The position numbers and the translations under genes were made by a program. This document shows, one piece after another, positions 36,301 to 49,500 of a stretch of 64,000 nt of DNA; position 1 is the stretch's first letter; every line of letters begins with the position of its first letter. The notes under the pieces are model-generated. The model did no database searches. It was not told the DNA's origin and worked only from the letters and a program-made list of their open reading frames with translations. Origin of the DNA: Ptychomitrium polyphyllum (Eukaryota); contig OZ316776.1 in assembly GCA_973851085.1 (NCBI GenBank), forward strand, positions 10,416,001 to 10,480,000, given 5' to 3'.

Positions 36301-39300
36301 GCCTTCAACTCTCCAATTTGTTGTGGAAGTTGCTGCAAGGATGAACACCCAGATAGGTCCAAGGACGTAAGAGCCTTCAACTCTCTAATTTGCTGTGGAA
36401 GTTGCTACAAGGATAAACACCCAGATAGGTCCAAGGACATAAGAGCCTTCAACTCTCCAATTTGCTGTGGAAGTTGCTGCAAGGATGAACACCCAGATAG
36501 GTCCAAGGACATAAGAGCCTTCAACTCTCCAATTTGTTGTGGAAGTTGCTGCAAGGATGAACACCCAGATAGGTCCAAGGACGTAAGAGCCTTCAACTCT
36601 CTAATTTGCTGTGGAAGTTGCTGTAGGGATGAACACCCAGATAGGTCCAAGGACGTAAGAGCCTTCAACTGTCCAATTTGTTGTGGAAGTTGCTGCAAGG
36701 ATGAACACCCAGATAGGTCCAAGGACGTAAGAGCCTTCAACTCTCCAATTTGCTTTAGAAGATGCTGCAAGGATGAACACCCAGATAGGTCCAAGGACGT
36801 AAGAGCCTTCAACTCTCCAATTTGCTTTAGAAGATGCTGCAAGGATGAACACCTAGATAGGTCCAAGGACGTAAGAGTCTTCAACCCTCCAATTTGCTGT
36901 GGAAGTTGCTGCAAGGATAAACACCTAGATAGGTCCAAGGAAGTAAGAGCCTTCAACTCTCTAATTTGCTGTGGAAGTTGCTGCAAGGATAAACACCTAG
37001 ATAGGTCCAAGGAAGTAAGAGCCTTCAACTCTCCAATTTGTTGTGGAAGTTGCGGCAGGGATGAACACCCAGATAGGTTCAAGGACATAAGAGCCTTCAA
37101 CTCTCCAATTTGCTGTGGAAGTTGCTGCATGGATGAACACCCAGATAGGTCCAAGGACGTAAGAGCCTTCAACTCTCCAATTTGTTGTGGAAGTTACTGC
37201 AAGGATGAACACCCAGATAGGTCCAAGTAAGTAAGAGCCTTCAACTCTCTAATTTGCTGTGGAAGTTGCTGCAAGGATAAACACCTAGATAGGTCCAAGA
37301 ACGTAAGAGCCTTCAACTCTCCAATTTGCTGTGGAAGTTGCTGCAGGGATGAACACCTAGATAGGTCCAAGGACGTAAGAGCCTTCAACTCTCCAATTTG
37401 TTGTGGAAGTTGCTGCAAAGATGAACACCCAGATAGGTCCAAGGACGTAAGAGCCTTCAACTCTCCAATTTGTTGTGGAAGTTGCTGCAAGGATGAACAC
37501 CCAGATAGGTCCAAGGACGTAAGAGCCTTCAACTCTCCAATTTGTTGTGGAAGTTGCTGCAAGGATGAACACCCAGATAGGTCCAAGGACGTAAGAGCCT
37601 TCAACTCTCTAATTTGTTGTGGAAGTTGCTGCAAGGATAAACACCTAGATAGGTCCAAGGACGTAAGAGCCTTCAACTCTCCAATTTGCTGTGGAAGTTG
37701 CTGCAAGGATGAACACCCAGATAGCTCTAAGGTTATAAGAACCTTCAACTCTCCAATTTTCTGTGGAAGTTGCTGCAAGGATGAACACTTAGATAGGTCC
37801 AAGGACGTAGGAGCCTTCAACTCTCCAATTTGCTATGGAAGTAGCTGCAAGGATGAACACCCAGATAGGTCCAAGGACGTAAGAGCCTTCAACTCTCCAA
37901 TTTGCTGTGGAAGTTGCTGCAGGGATGAACACCCAGATAGGTCCAAGGTCGTAAGAGCCTTCAACTCTCCAATTTGCTGTGGAAGTTGCTGCAAGGATGA
38001 ACACCCAGATAGGTCCAAGCACGTAAGAGCCTTCAACTCTCCAATTTGTTGTGGAAGTTGCTGCAAGGATGAACACCCAGATAGGTCCAAGGACGTAAGA
38101 GCCTTCAACTCTCTAATTTGCTGTGGAAGTTGCTGCAGGGATGAACACCCAGATAGGTCCAAGGACGTAAGAGCCTTCAACTCTCCAATTTGTTGTGGAA
38201 GTTGCTGCAAGGATGAACACCCAGTTAAGTCCAAGGAAGTATGAGCCTTCAATTCTTCAATTTGCTATGGAAGTTGCTGCAATGATGAACATCCAGATAG
38301 GTCCAAGGACATAAGAGCTTTCAACTTTCCAATTTGCTGTGGTAGTTGCAGCAAGGATTAACACCTAGATAGGTCCAAGGCGTAAGAGCCTTCAACTCTC
38401 CAATTTGCTGTGGAAGTTGCTGCAGGGATGAACACCCAGATAGGTCCAAGGACATAAGAGCCTTCAACTCTCCAATTTGCTGTGGAAGTTGCTGCAGGGA
38501 TGAACACCCAGATAGGTCCAAGGACATAAGAGCCTTCAACTCTCCAATTTGCTGTGGAAGTTGCTGCATGGATGAACACCCAGATAGGTCCAAGGACATA
38601 AGAGCCTTCAACTCTCCAATTTGCTGTGGAAGTTGCGGCAAGGATTAACACCTAGATAGGTCCAAGAACGTAAGAGCCTTCAACTGTCTAATTTGCTGTG
38701 GAAGTTGCTGCAAGGATAAACACCGAGATAGGTCCAAGGACATAAGAGCCTTCAACTCTCCAATTTGCTGTGGAAGTTGCTGCAAGGATGAACACCCAGT
38801 TAAGTCCAAGGAAGTATGAGCCTTCAACTCTCCAATTTGCTGTGGAAGTTGCGGCAAGGATTAACACCTAGATAGGTCCAAGGACGTAAGAGCCTTCAGC
38901 TCTCTAATTTGCTGTGGAAGTTGCTGCAAGGATGAACACCCAGATATGTCCAAGCAAGTATGAGCCTTCAACTCTCTAATTTGCTGTGGAAGTTGCTGCA
39001 AGGATAAACACCCAGATAGGTCCAAGGACGTAACAGCCTTCAACTCTCCAATTTTCTGTGGAAGTTGCTGCAAGGATGAACACTTAGATAGGTCCAAGGA
39101 CGTAGGAGCCTTCAACTCTCCAATTTGCTATGGAAGTAGCTGCAAGGATGAACACCCAGATAGGTCCAAGGCGTAAGAGCCTTCAATTCTCCAATTTTCT
39201 GTGGAAGTTGCTGCAAGGATGAACACCCAGATAGATTCAAGGACATAAGAGCCTTCAACTCTCCAATTTGCTGTGGAAGTTGCGGCAAGGATTAACACCT

Positions 39301-39800
39301 AGATAGGTCCAAGGAAGTAAGAGCCTTCAACTCTCTAATTTGCTGTGGAAGTTGCTGCAAGGATAAACACCTAGATAGGTCCAAGGAAGTAAGAGCCTTC
39401 AACTCTCCAATTTGCTGTGGAAGTTGCTGCAGGGATGAACACCCAGATAGGTCCAAGGACATAAGAGCCTTCAACTCTCCAATTTGCTGTGGAAGTTGCT
39501 GCATGGATGAACACCCAGATAGGTCCAAGGACGTAAGAGCCTTCAACTCTCCAATTTGTTGTGGAAGTTACTGCAAGGATGAACACCCAGATAGGTCCAA
39601 GTAAGTAAGAGCCTTCAACTCTCTAATTTGCTGTGGAAGTTGCTGCAAGGATAAACACCTAGATAGGTCCAAGAACGTAAGAGCCTTCAACTCTCCAATT
39701 TGCTGTGGAAGTTGCTGCAGGGATGAACACCCAGATAGGTCCAAGGACGTAAGAGCCTTCAACTCTCCAATTTGTTGTGGAAGTTGCTGCAAGGATGAAC
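33370..39800. repeat. Duplication with 3382-bp offset (47 monomers minus 2 bp), shifting to 3454 after a one-monomer indel
   Basis: ORF pairs 33615/36997, 33812/37194, 34939/38321 and 35479/38861 (3382), then 35838/39292 (3454). Confidence 0.88.
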
Positions 39801-42080
39801 ACCCAGATAGGTCCAAGGACGTAAGAGCCTTCAACTCTCCAATTTGTTGTGGAAGTTGCTGCAAGGATGAACACCCAGATAGGTCCAAGGACGTAAGAGC
39901 CTTCAACTCTCCAATTTGTTGTGAAAGTTGCTGCAAGGATGAACACCCAGATAGGTCCAAGGACGTAAGAGCCTTCAACTCTCCAATTTGCTGTGGAAGT
40001 TGCGGCAAGGATTAACACCTAGATAGGTCCAAGGACGTAAGAGCCTTCAACTGTCTAATTTGCTGTTGAAGTTGCTGCAAGGATAAACACCGAGATAGGT
40101 CCAAGGACATAAGAGCCTTCAACTCTCCAATTTGCTGTGGAAGTTGCTGCAAGGATGAACACCCAGATAGGTCCAAGGACGTAAGAGCCTTCAACTCTCC
40201 AATTTGCTGTGGAAGTTGCGGCAAGGATTAACACCTAGATAGGTCCAAGGACGTAAGAGCCTTCAGCTCTCTAATTTGCTGTGGAAGTTGCTGCAAGGAT
40301 GAACACCCAGATATGTCCAAGGAAGTATGAGCCTTCAACTCTCTAATTTGCTGTGGAAGTTGCTGCAAGGATAAACACCCAGCTAGGTCCAAGGACGTAA
40401 CAGCCTTCAACTCTCCAATTTTCTGTGGAAGTTGCTGCAAGGATGAACACTTAGATAGGTCCAAGGACGTAGGAGCCTTCAACTCTCCAATTTGCTATGG
40501 AAGTAGCTGCAAGGATGAACACCCAGATAGGTCCAAGGCGTAAGAGCCTTCAATTCTCCAATTTTCTGTGGAAGTTGCTGCAAGGATGAACACCCAGATA
40601 GATTCAAGGACATAAGAGCCTTCAACTCTCCAATTTGCTGTGGAAGTTGCGGCAAGGATTAACACCTAGATAGGTCCAAGGAAGTAAGAGCCTTCAACTC
40701 TCTAATTTGCTGTGGAAGTTGCTGCAAGGATAAACACCTAGATAGGTCCAAGGAAGTAAGAGCCTTCAACTCTCCAATTTGCTGTGGAAGTTGCTGCAGG
40801 GATGAACACCCAGATAGGTCCAAGGACATAAGAGCCTTCAACTCTCCAATTTGCTGTGGAAGTTGCTGCATGGATGAACACCCAGATAGGTCCAAGGACG
40901 TAAGAGCCTTCAACTCTCCAATTTGTTGTGGAAGTTACTGCAAGGATGAACACCCAGATAGGTCCAAGTAAGTAAGAGCCTTCAACTCTCTAATTTGCTG
41001 TGGAAGTTGCTGCAAGGATAAACACCTAGATAGGTCCAAGAACGTAAGAGCCTTCAACTCTCCAATTTGCTGTGGAAGTTGCTGCAGGGATGAACACCCA
41101 GATAGGTCCAAGGACGTAAGAGCCTTCAACTCTCCAATTTGTTGTGGAAGTTGCTGCAAGGATGAACACCCAGATAGGTCCAAGGACGTAAGAGCCTTCA
41201 ACTCTCCAATTTGTTGTGGAAGTTGCTGCAAGGATGAACACCCAGATAGGTCCAAGGACGTAAGAGCCTTCAACTCTCCAATTTGTTGTGGAAGTTGCTG
41301 CAAGGATGAACACCCAGATAGGTCCAAGGACGTAAGAGCCTTCAACTCTCCAATTTGCTGTGGAAGTTGCGGCAAGGATTAACACCTAGATAGGTCCAAG
41401 GACGTAAGAGCCTTCAACTGTCTAATTTGCTGTTGAAGTTGCTGCAAGGATAAACACCGAGATAGGTCCAAGGACATAAGAGCCTTCAACTCTCCAATTT
41501 GCTGTGGAAGTTGCTGCAAGGATGAACACCCAGATAGGTCCAAGGACGTAAGAGCCTTCAACTCTCCAATTTGCTGTGGAAGTTGCGGCAAGGATTAACA
41601 CCTAGATAGGTCCAAGGACGTAAGAGCCTTCAGCTCTCTAATTTGCTGTGGAAGTTGCTGCAAGGATGAACACCCAGATATGTCCAAGGAAGTATGAGCC
41701 TTCAACTCTCTAATTTGCTGTGGAAGTTGCTGCAAGGATAAACACCCAGATAGGTCCAAGGACGTAACAGCCTTCAACTCTCCAATTTTCTGTGGAAGTT
41801 GCTGCAAGGATGAACACTTAGATAGGTCCAAGGACGTAGGAGCCTTCAACTCTCCAATTTGCTATGGAAGTAGCTGCAAGGATGAACACCCAGATAGGTC
41901 CAAGGCGTAAGAGCCTTCAATTCTCCAATTTTCTGTGGAAGTTGCTGCAAGGATGAACACCGAGATAGGTCCAAGGACATAAGAGCCTTCAACTCTCCAA
42001 TTTGCTGTGGAAGTTGCGGCAAGGATTAACACCTAGATAGGTCCAAGGAAGTAAGAGCCTTCAACTCTCTAATTTGCTGT
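38630..42080. repeat. Higher-order repeat, 1367-bp unit (19 monomers minus 1 bp), ~2.5 copies
   Basis: ORF series 38645/40012/41379, 38861/40228/41595 and 39292/40659/42026 are spaced 1367 apart. Confidence 0.9.
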
Positions 42081-45000
42081 GGAAGTTGCTGCAAGGATGA
42101 ACACCCAGATAGGTCCAAGCACGTAAGAGCCTTCAACTCTCCAATTTTCTGTGGAAGTTGCTGCAAGGATGAACACCCAGATAGGTCCAAGGACGTAAGA
42201 GCCTTCAACTCTCTAATTTGCTGTGGAAGTTGCGGCAAGGATGAACACCCAGATAGGTCCAAGCACGTAAGAGCCTTCAACTGTCCAATTTGTTGTGGAA
42301 GTTGCTGCAAGGATGAACACCCAGATAGGTCCAAGCACGTAAGAGCCTTCAACTCTCCAATTTTCTGTGGAAGTTGCTGCAAGGATGAACACCCAGATAG
42401 GTCCAAGGACATAAGAGCCTTCAACTCTCCAATTTGCTGTGGAAGTTGCTGCAAGGATGAACACCCAGATAGGTCCAAGCACGTAAGAGCCTTCAACTCT
42501 CCAATTTGTTGTGGAAGTTGCTGCAAGGATGAACACCCAGATAGGTCCAAGGACGTAAGAGCCTTCAACTCTCTAATTTGCTGTGGAAGTTGCTGCAGGG
42601 ATGAACACCCAGATAGGTCCAAGGACATAAGAGCTTTCAACTTTCCAATTTGCTGTGGTAGTTGCAGCAAGGATTAACACCTAGATAGGTCCAAGGCGTA
42701 AGAGCCTTCAACTCTCCAATTTGCTGTGGAAGTTGCTGCAGGGATGAACACCCAGATAGGTCCAAGGACATAAGAGCCTTCAACTCTCCAATTTGCTGTG
42801 GAAGTTGCTGCAGGGATGAACACCCAGATAGGTCCAAGGACATAAGAGCCTTCAACTCTCCAATTTGCTGTGGAAGTTGCTGCGTGGATGAACACCCAGA
42901 TAGGTCCAAGGACATAAGAGCCTTCAACTCTCCAATTTGCTGTGGAAGTTGCGGCAAGGATTAACACCTAGATAGGTCCAAGGACGTAAGAGCCTTCAAC
43001 TGTCTAATTTGCTGTGGAAGTTGCTGCAAGGATAAACACCGAGATAGGTCCAAGGACATAAGAGCCTTCAACTCTCCAATTTGCTGTGGAAGTTGCTGCA
43101 AGGATGAACACCCAGTTAAGTCCAAGGAAGTATGAGCCTTCAACTCTCCAATTTGCTGTGGAAGTTGCGGCAAGGATTAACACCTAGATAGGTCCAAGGA
43201 CGTAAGAGCCTTCAGCTCTCTAATTTGCTGTGGAAGTTGCTGCAAGGATGAACACCCAGATATGTCCAAGGAAGTATGAGCCTTCAACTCTCTAATTTGC
43301 TGTGGAAGTTGCTGCAAGGATAAACACCCAGATAGGTCCAAGGACGTAACAGCCTTCAACTCTCCAATTTTCTGTGGAAGTTGCTGCAAGGATGAACACT
43401 TAGATAGGTCCAAGGACGTAGGAGCCTTCAACTCTCCAATTTGCTATGGAAGTAGCTGCAAGGATGAACACCCAGATAGGTCCAAGGCGTAAGAGCCTTC
43501 AATTCTCCAATTTTCTGTGGAAGTTGCTGCAAGGATGAACACCCAGATAGGTCCAAGGACATAAGAGCCTTCAACTCTCCAATTTGCTGTGGAAGTTGCG
43601 GCAAGGATTAACACCTAGATAGGTCCAAGGAAGTAAGAGCCTTCAACTCTCTAATTTGCTGTGGAAGTTGCTGCAAGCATAAACACCTAGATAGGTCCAA
43701 GGAAGTAAGAGCCTTCAACTCTCCAATTTGCTGTGGAAGTTGCTGCACGGATGAACACCCAGATAGGTCCAAGGACATAAGAGCCTTCAACTCTCCAATT
43801 TGCTGTGGAAGTTGCTGCATGGATGAACACCCAGATAGGTCCAAGGACGTAAGAGCCTTCAACTCTCCAATTTGTTGTGGAAGTTACTGCAAGGATGAAC
43901 ACCCAGATAGGTCCAAGTAAGTAAGAGCCTTCAACTCTCTAATTTGCTGTGGAAGTTGCTGCAAGGATAAACACCTAGATAGGTCCAAGAACGTAAGAGC
44001 CTTCAACTCTCCAATTTGCTGTGGAAGTTGCTGCAGGGATGAACACCCAGATAGGTCCAAGGACGTAAGAGCCTTCAACTCTCCAATTTGTTGTGGAAGT
44101 TGCTGCAAGGATGAACACCCAGATAGGTCCAAGGACGTAAGAGCCTTCAACTCTCCAATTTGTTGTGGAAGTTGCTGCAAGGATGAACACCCAGATAGGT
44201 CCAAGGACGTAAGAGCCTTCAACTCTCCAATTTGCTGTGGAAGTTGCGGCAAGGATTAACACCTAGATAGGTCCAAGGACGTAAGAGCCTTCAACTGTCT
44301 AATTTGCTGTGGAAGTTGCTGCAAGGATAAACACCGAGATAGGTCCAAGGACATAAGAGCCTTCAACTCTCCAATTTGCTGTGGAAGTTGCTGCAAGGAT
44401 GAACACCCAGATAGGTCCAAGGACGTAAGAGCCTTCAACTCTCCAATTTGCTGTGGAAGTTGCGGCAAAGATTAACACCTAGATAGGTCCAAGGACGTAA
44501 GAGCCTTCAGCTCTCTAATTTGCTGTGGAAGTTGCTGCAAGGATGAACACCCAGATATGTCCAAGCAAGTATGAGCCTTCAACTCTCTAATTTGCTGTGG
44601 AAGTTGCTGCAAGGATAAACACCCAGATAGGTCCAAGGACGTAACAGCCTTCAACTCTCCAATTTTCTGTGGAAGTTGCTGCAAGGATGAACACTTAGAT
44701 AGGTCCAAGGACGTAGGAGCCTTCAACTCTCCAATTTGCTATGGAAGTAGCTGCAAGGATGAACACCTAGATAGGTCCAAGGCGTAAGAGCCTTCAATTC
44801 TCCAATTTTCTGTGGAAGTTGCTGCAAGGATGAACACCCAGATAGGTCCAAGGACATAAGAGCCTTCAACTCTCCAATTTGCTGTGGAAGTTGCGGCAAG
44901 GATGAACACCCAGATAGGTCCAAGGCGTAAGAGCCTTCAATTCTCCAATTTTCTGTGGAAGTTGCTGCAAGGATGAACACCCAGATAGGTCCAAGGACAT

Positions 45001-45321
45001 AAGAGCCTTCAACTCTCCAATTTGCTGTGGAAGTTGCGGCAAGGATTAACACCTAGATAGGTCCAAGGAAGTAAGAGCCTTCAACTCTCTAATTTGCTGT
45101 GGAAGTTGCTGCAAGGATAAACACCTAGATAGGTCCAAGGAAGTAAGAGCCTTCAACTCTCCAATTTGCTGTGGAAGTTGCTGCAGGGATGAACACCCAG
45201 ATAGGTCCAAGGACATAAGAGCCTTCAACTCTCCAATTTGCTGTGGAAGTTGCTGCATGGATGAACACCCAGATAGGTCCAAGGACGTAAGAGCCTTCAA
45301 CTCTCCAATTTGTTGTGGAAG

Positions 45322-46596
45322 TTACTGCAAGGATGAACACCCAGATAGGTCCAAGTAAGTAAGAGCCTTCAACTCTCTAATTTGCTGTGGAAGTTGCTGC
45401 AAGGATAAACACCTAGATAGGTCCAAGAACGTAAGAGCCTTCAACTCTCCAATTTGCTGTGGAAGTTGCTGCAAGGATGAACACCCAGATAGGCCCAAGC
45501 ACGTAAGAGCCTTCAACTCTCCAATTTGTTGTGGAAGTTGCTGCACGGATGAACACCCAGATAGGTCCAAGGACGTAAGAGCCTTCAACTCTCCAATTTG
45601 TTGTGGAAGTTGCTGCAAGGATGAACACCCAGATAGGTCCAAGGACGTAAGAGCCTTCAACTCTCCAATTTGTTGTGGAAGTTGCTGAAAGGATGAACAC
45701 CCAGATAGGTCCAAGGACGTAAGAGCCTTCAACTCTCTAATTTGCTGTGGAAGTTGCTGCAAGGATAAACACCTAGATAGGTCCAAGGACGTAACAGCCT
45801 TCAACTCTCCAATTTGCTGTGGAAGTTGCTGCAGGGATGAACACCCAGATAGGTCCAAGGACATAAGAGCCTTCAACTCTCCAATTTGTTGTGGAAGTTG
45901 CTGAAAGGATGAACACCCAGATAGGTCCAAGGACGTAAGAGCCTTCAACTCTCTAATTTGCTGTGGAAGTTGCTGCAAGGATAAACACCTAGATAGGTCC
46001 AAGGAAGTAAGAGCCTTCAACTCTCCAATTTGCTGTGGAAGTTGCTGCAGGGATGAACACCCAGATAGGTCCAAGGACATAAGAGCCTTCAACTCTCCAA
46101 TTTGCTGTGGAAGTTGCTGCATGGATGAACACCCAGATAGGTCCAAGGACGTAAGAGCCTTCAACTCTCCAATTTGTTGTGGAAGTTGCTGAAAGGATGA
46201 ACACCCAGATAGGTCCAAGGACGTAAGAGCCTTCAACTCTCTAATTTGCTGTGGAAGTTGCTGCAAGGATAAACACCTAGATAGGTCCAAGGACGTAACA
46301 GCCTTCAACTCTCCAATTTGCTGTGGAAGTTGCTGCAAGGATGAACACCCAGATAGGTCCAAGGACGTAAGAGCCTTCAACTCTCCAATTTGTTGTGGAA
46401 GTTGCTGAAAGGATGAACACCTAGATAGGTCCAAGGAAGTAAGAGCCTTCAACTCTCCAATTTGCTGTGGAAGTTGCTGCAGGGATGAACACCCAGATAG
46501 GTCCAAGGACATAAGAGCCTTCAACTCTCCAATTTGCTGTGGAAGTTGCTGCATGGATGAACACCCAGATAGGTCCAAGGACGTAAGAGCCTTCAA
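45322..46596 (-). other. Second-longest uninterrupted LRR-frame segment (424 aa), bounded by two copies of the CAA>TAA variant 1296 bp apart
   Basis: ORF track; gttactgc variants at ~45322 and ~46618; TTG start only. Confidence 0.6.
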
Positions 46597-49500
46597 CTCT
46601 CCAATTTGTTGTGGAAGTTACTGCAAGGATGAACACCCAGATAGGTCCAAGTAAGTAAGAGCCTTCAACTCTCTAATTTGCTGTGGAAGTTGCTGCAAGG
46701 ATAAACACCTAGATAGGTCCAAGAACGTAAGAGCCTTCAACTCTCCAATTTGCTGTGGAAGTTGCTGCAAGGATGAACACCCAGATAGGCCCAAGCACGT
46801 AAGAGCCTTCAACTCTCCAATTTGTTGTGGAAGTTGCTGCACGGATGAACACCCAGATAGGTCCAAGGACGTAAGAGCCTTCAACTCTCCAATTTGTTGT
46901 GGAAGTTGCTGCAAGGATGAACACCCAGATAGGTCCAAGGACGTAAGAGCCTTCAACTCTCCAATTTGTTGTGGAAGTTGCTGAAAGGATGAACACCCAG
47001 ATAGGTCCAAGGACGTAAGAGCCTTCAACTCTCTAATTTGCTGTGGAAGTTGCTTCAAGGATAAACACCTAGATAGGTCCAAGGACGTAACAGCCTTCAA
47101 CTCTCCAATTTGCTGTGGAAGTTGCTGCAAGGATGAACACCCAGATAGCTCTAAGGTTATAAGAACCTTCAACTCTCCAATTTTCTGTGGAAGTTGCTGC
47201 AAGGATGAACACTTAGATAGGTCCAAGGACGTAGGAGCCTTCAACTCTCCAATTTGCTATGGAAGTAGCTGCAAGGATGAACACCCAGATAGGTCCAAGG
47301 CGTAAGAGCCTTCAACTCTCCAATTTGATGTATAAGTTGCTGCAGGGATGAACACCCAGATAGGTCCAAGGACGTAAGAGCCTTCAACTCTCCAATTTGT
47401 TGTGGAAGTTGCTGCAAGGATGAACACCCAGATAGGTCCAAGCACGTAAGAGCCTTCAACTCTCCAATTTGTTGTGGAAGTTGCTGCAAGGATGAACACC
47501 CAGATAGGTCCAAGGACGTAAGAGCCTTCAACTCTCTAATTTGCTGTGGAAGTTGCTGCAGGGATGAACACCCAGATAGGTCCAAGGACGTAAGAGCCTT
47601 CAACTCTCCAATTTGTTGTGGAAGTTGCTGCAAGGATGAACACCCAGATAGGTCCAAGGACATAAGAGCCTTCAACTCTCCAATTTGCTGTGGAAGTTGC
47701 GGCAAGGATTAACACCTAGATAGGTCCAAGGACGTAAGAGCCTTCAACTCTCTAATTTGCTGTGGAAGTTGCTACAAGGATAAACACCGAGATAGGTCCA
47801 AGGACATAAGAGCCTTCAACTCTCCAATTTGCTGTGGAAGTTGCTGCAAGGATGAACACCCAGATAGGTCCAAGGACGTAAGAGCCTTCAACTCTCCAAT
47901 TTGTTTTGGAAGTTGCTGCAAGGATGAACACCCAGATAGGTCCAAGGACGTAAGAGCCTTCAACTCTCCAATTTGTTGTGGAAGTTGCTGCAAGGATGAA
48001 CACCCAGATATGTCCAAGGAAGTATGAGCCTTCAACTCTCTAATTTGCTGTGGAAGTTGCTGCAAGGATAAACACCCAGATAGGTCCAAGGACGTAACAG
48101 CCTTCAACTCTCCAATTTGCTGTGGAAGTTGCTGCAAGGATGAACACCCAGATAGCTCTAAGGTTATAAGAACCTTCAACTCTCCAATTTTCTGTGGAAG
48201 TTGCTGCAAGGATGAACACTTAGATAGGTCCAAGGACGTAGGAGCCTTCAACTCTCCAATTTGCTATGGAAGTAGCTGCAAGGATGAACACCCAGATAGG
48301 TCCAAGGCGTAAGAGCCTTCAATTCTCCAATTTTCTGTGGAAGTTGCTGCAAGGATGAACACCCAGATAGGTCCAAGGACATAAGAGCCTTCAACTCTCC
48401 AATTTGCTGTGGAAGTTGCGGCAAGGATTAACACCTAGATAGGTCCAAGGAAGTAAGAGCCTTCAACTCTCTAATTTGCTGTGGAAGTTGCTGCAAGGAT
48501 AAACACCTAGATAGGTCCAAGGAAGTAAGAGCCTTCAACTCTCCAATTTGCTGTGGAAGTTGCTGCAGGGATGAACACCCAGATAGGTCCAAGGACATAA
48601 GAGCCTTCAACTCTCCAATTTGCTGTGGAAGTTGCTGCATGGATGAACACCCAGATAGGTCCAAGGACGTAAGAGCCTTCAACTCTCCAATTTGTTGTGG
48701 AAGTTGCTGCAAGGATGAACACCCAGATAGGTCCAAGTAAGTAAGAGCCTTCAACTCTCTAATTTGCTGTGGAAGTTGCTGCAAGGATAAACACCTAGAT
48801 AGGTCCAAGAACAAAAGAGCCTTCAACTCTCCAATTTGCTGTGGAAGTTGCTGCAGGGATGAACACCCAGATAGGTCCAAGGACGTAAGAGCCTTCAACT
48901 CTCCAATTTGTTGTGGAAGTTGCTGCAAGGATGAACAGCCAGATAGGTCCAAGCACGTAAGAGCCTTCAACTCTCCAATTTGTTGTGGAAGTTGCTGCAA
49001 GGATCAACACCCAGATAGGTCCAAGGACGTAAGAGCCTTCAACTCTCTAATTTGCTGTGGAAGTTGCTGCAAGGATGAACACCCAGATAGGTTTAAGGAC
49101 ATAAGAGCCTTCAACTCTCGAATTTGCTGTGGAAGTTGCTGCAAGGATGGACATCCAGATAGGTCCAAGGACATAAGAGCCTTCAACTCTCCAATTTGCT
49201 GTGGAAGTAGCTGCAAGGATGAACACCTAGATAGGTCCAAGGATGTAAGAGCCTTCAATTCTTCAATTTGCTATGGAAGTTGCTGCAATGATGAACATCG
49301 AGATAGGTCCAAGGACATAAGAGCTTTCAACTTTCCAATTTGCTGTGGTAGTTGCAGCAAGGATTAACACCTAGATAGGTCCAAGGACATAAGAGCCTTC
49401 AACTCTCCAATTTGTTGTGGTAGTTGCTGCAGGGATGAACAGCCAGATAGGTCCAAGGAAGTGAGAGCCTTCAACTCTCTAATTTGCTGTGGAAGTTGCT

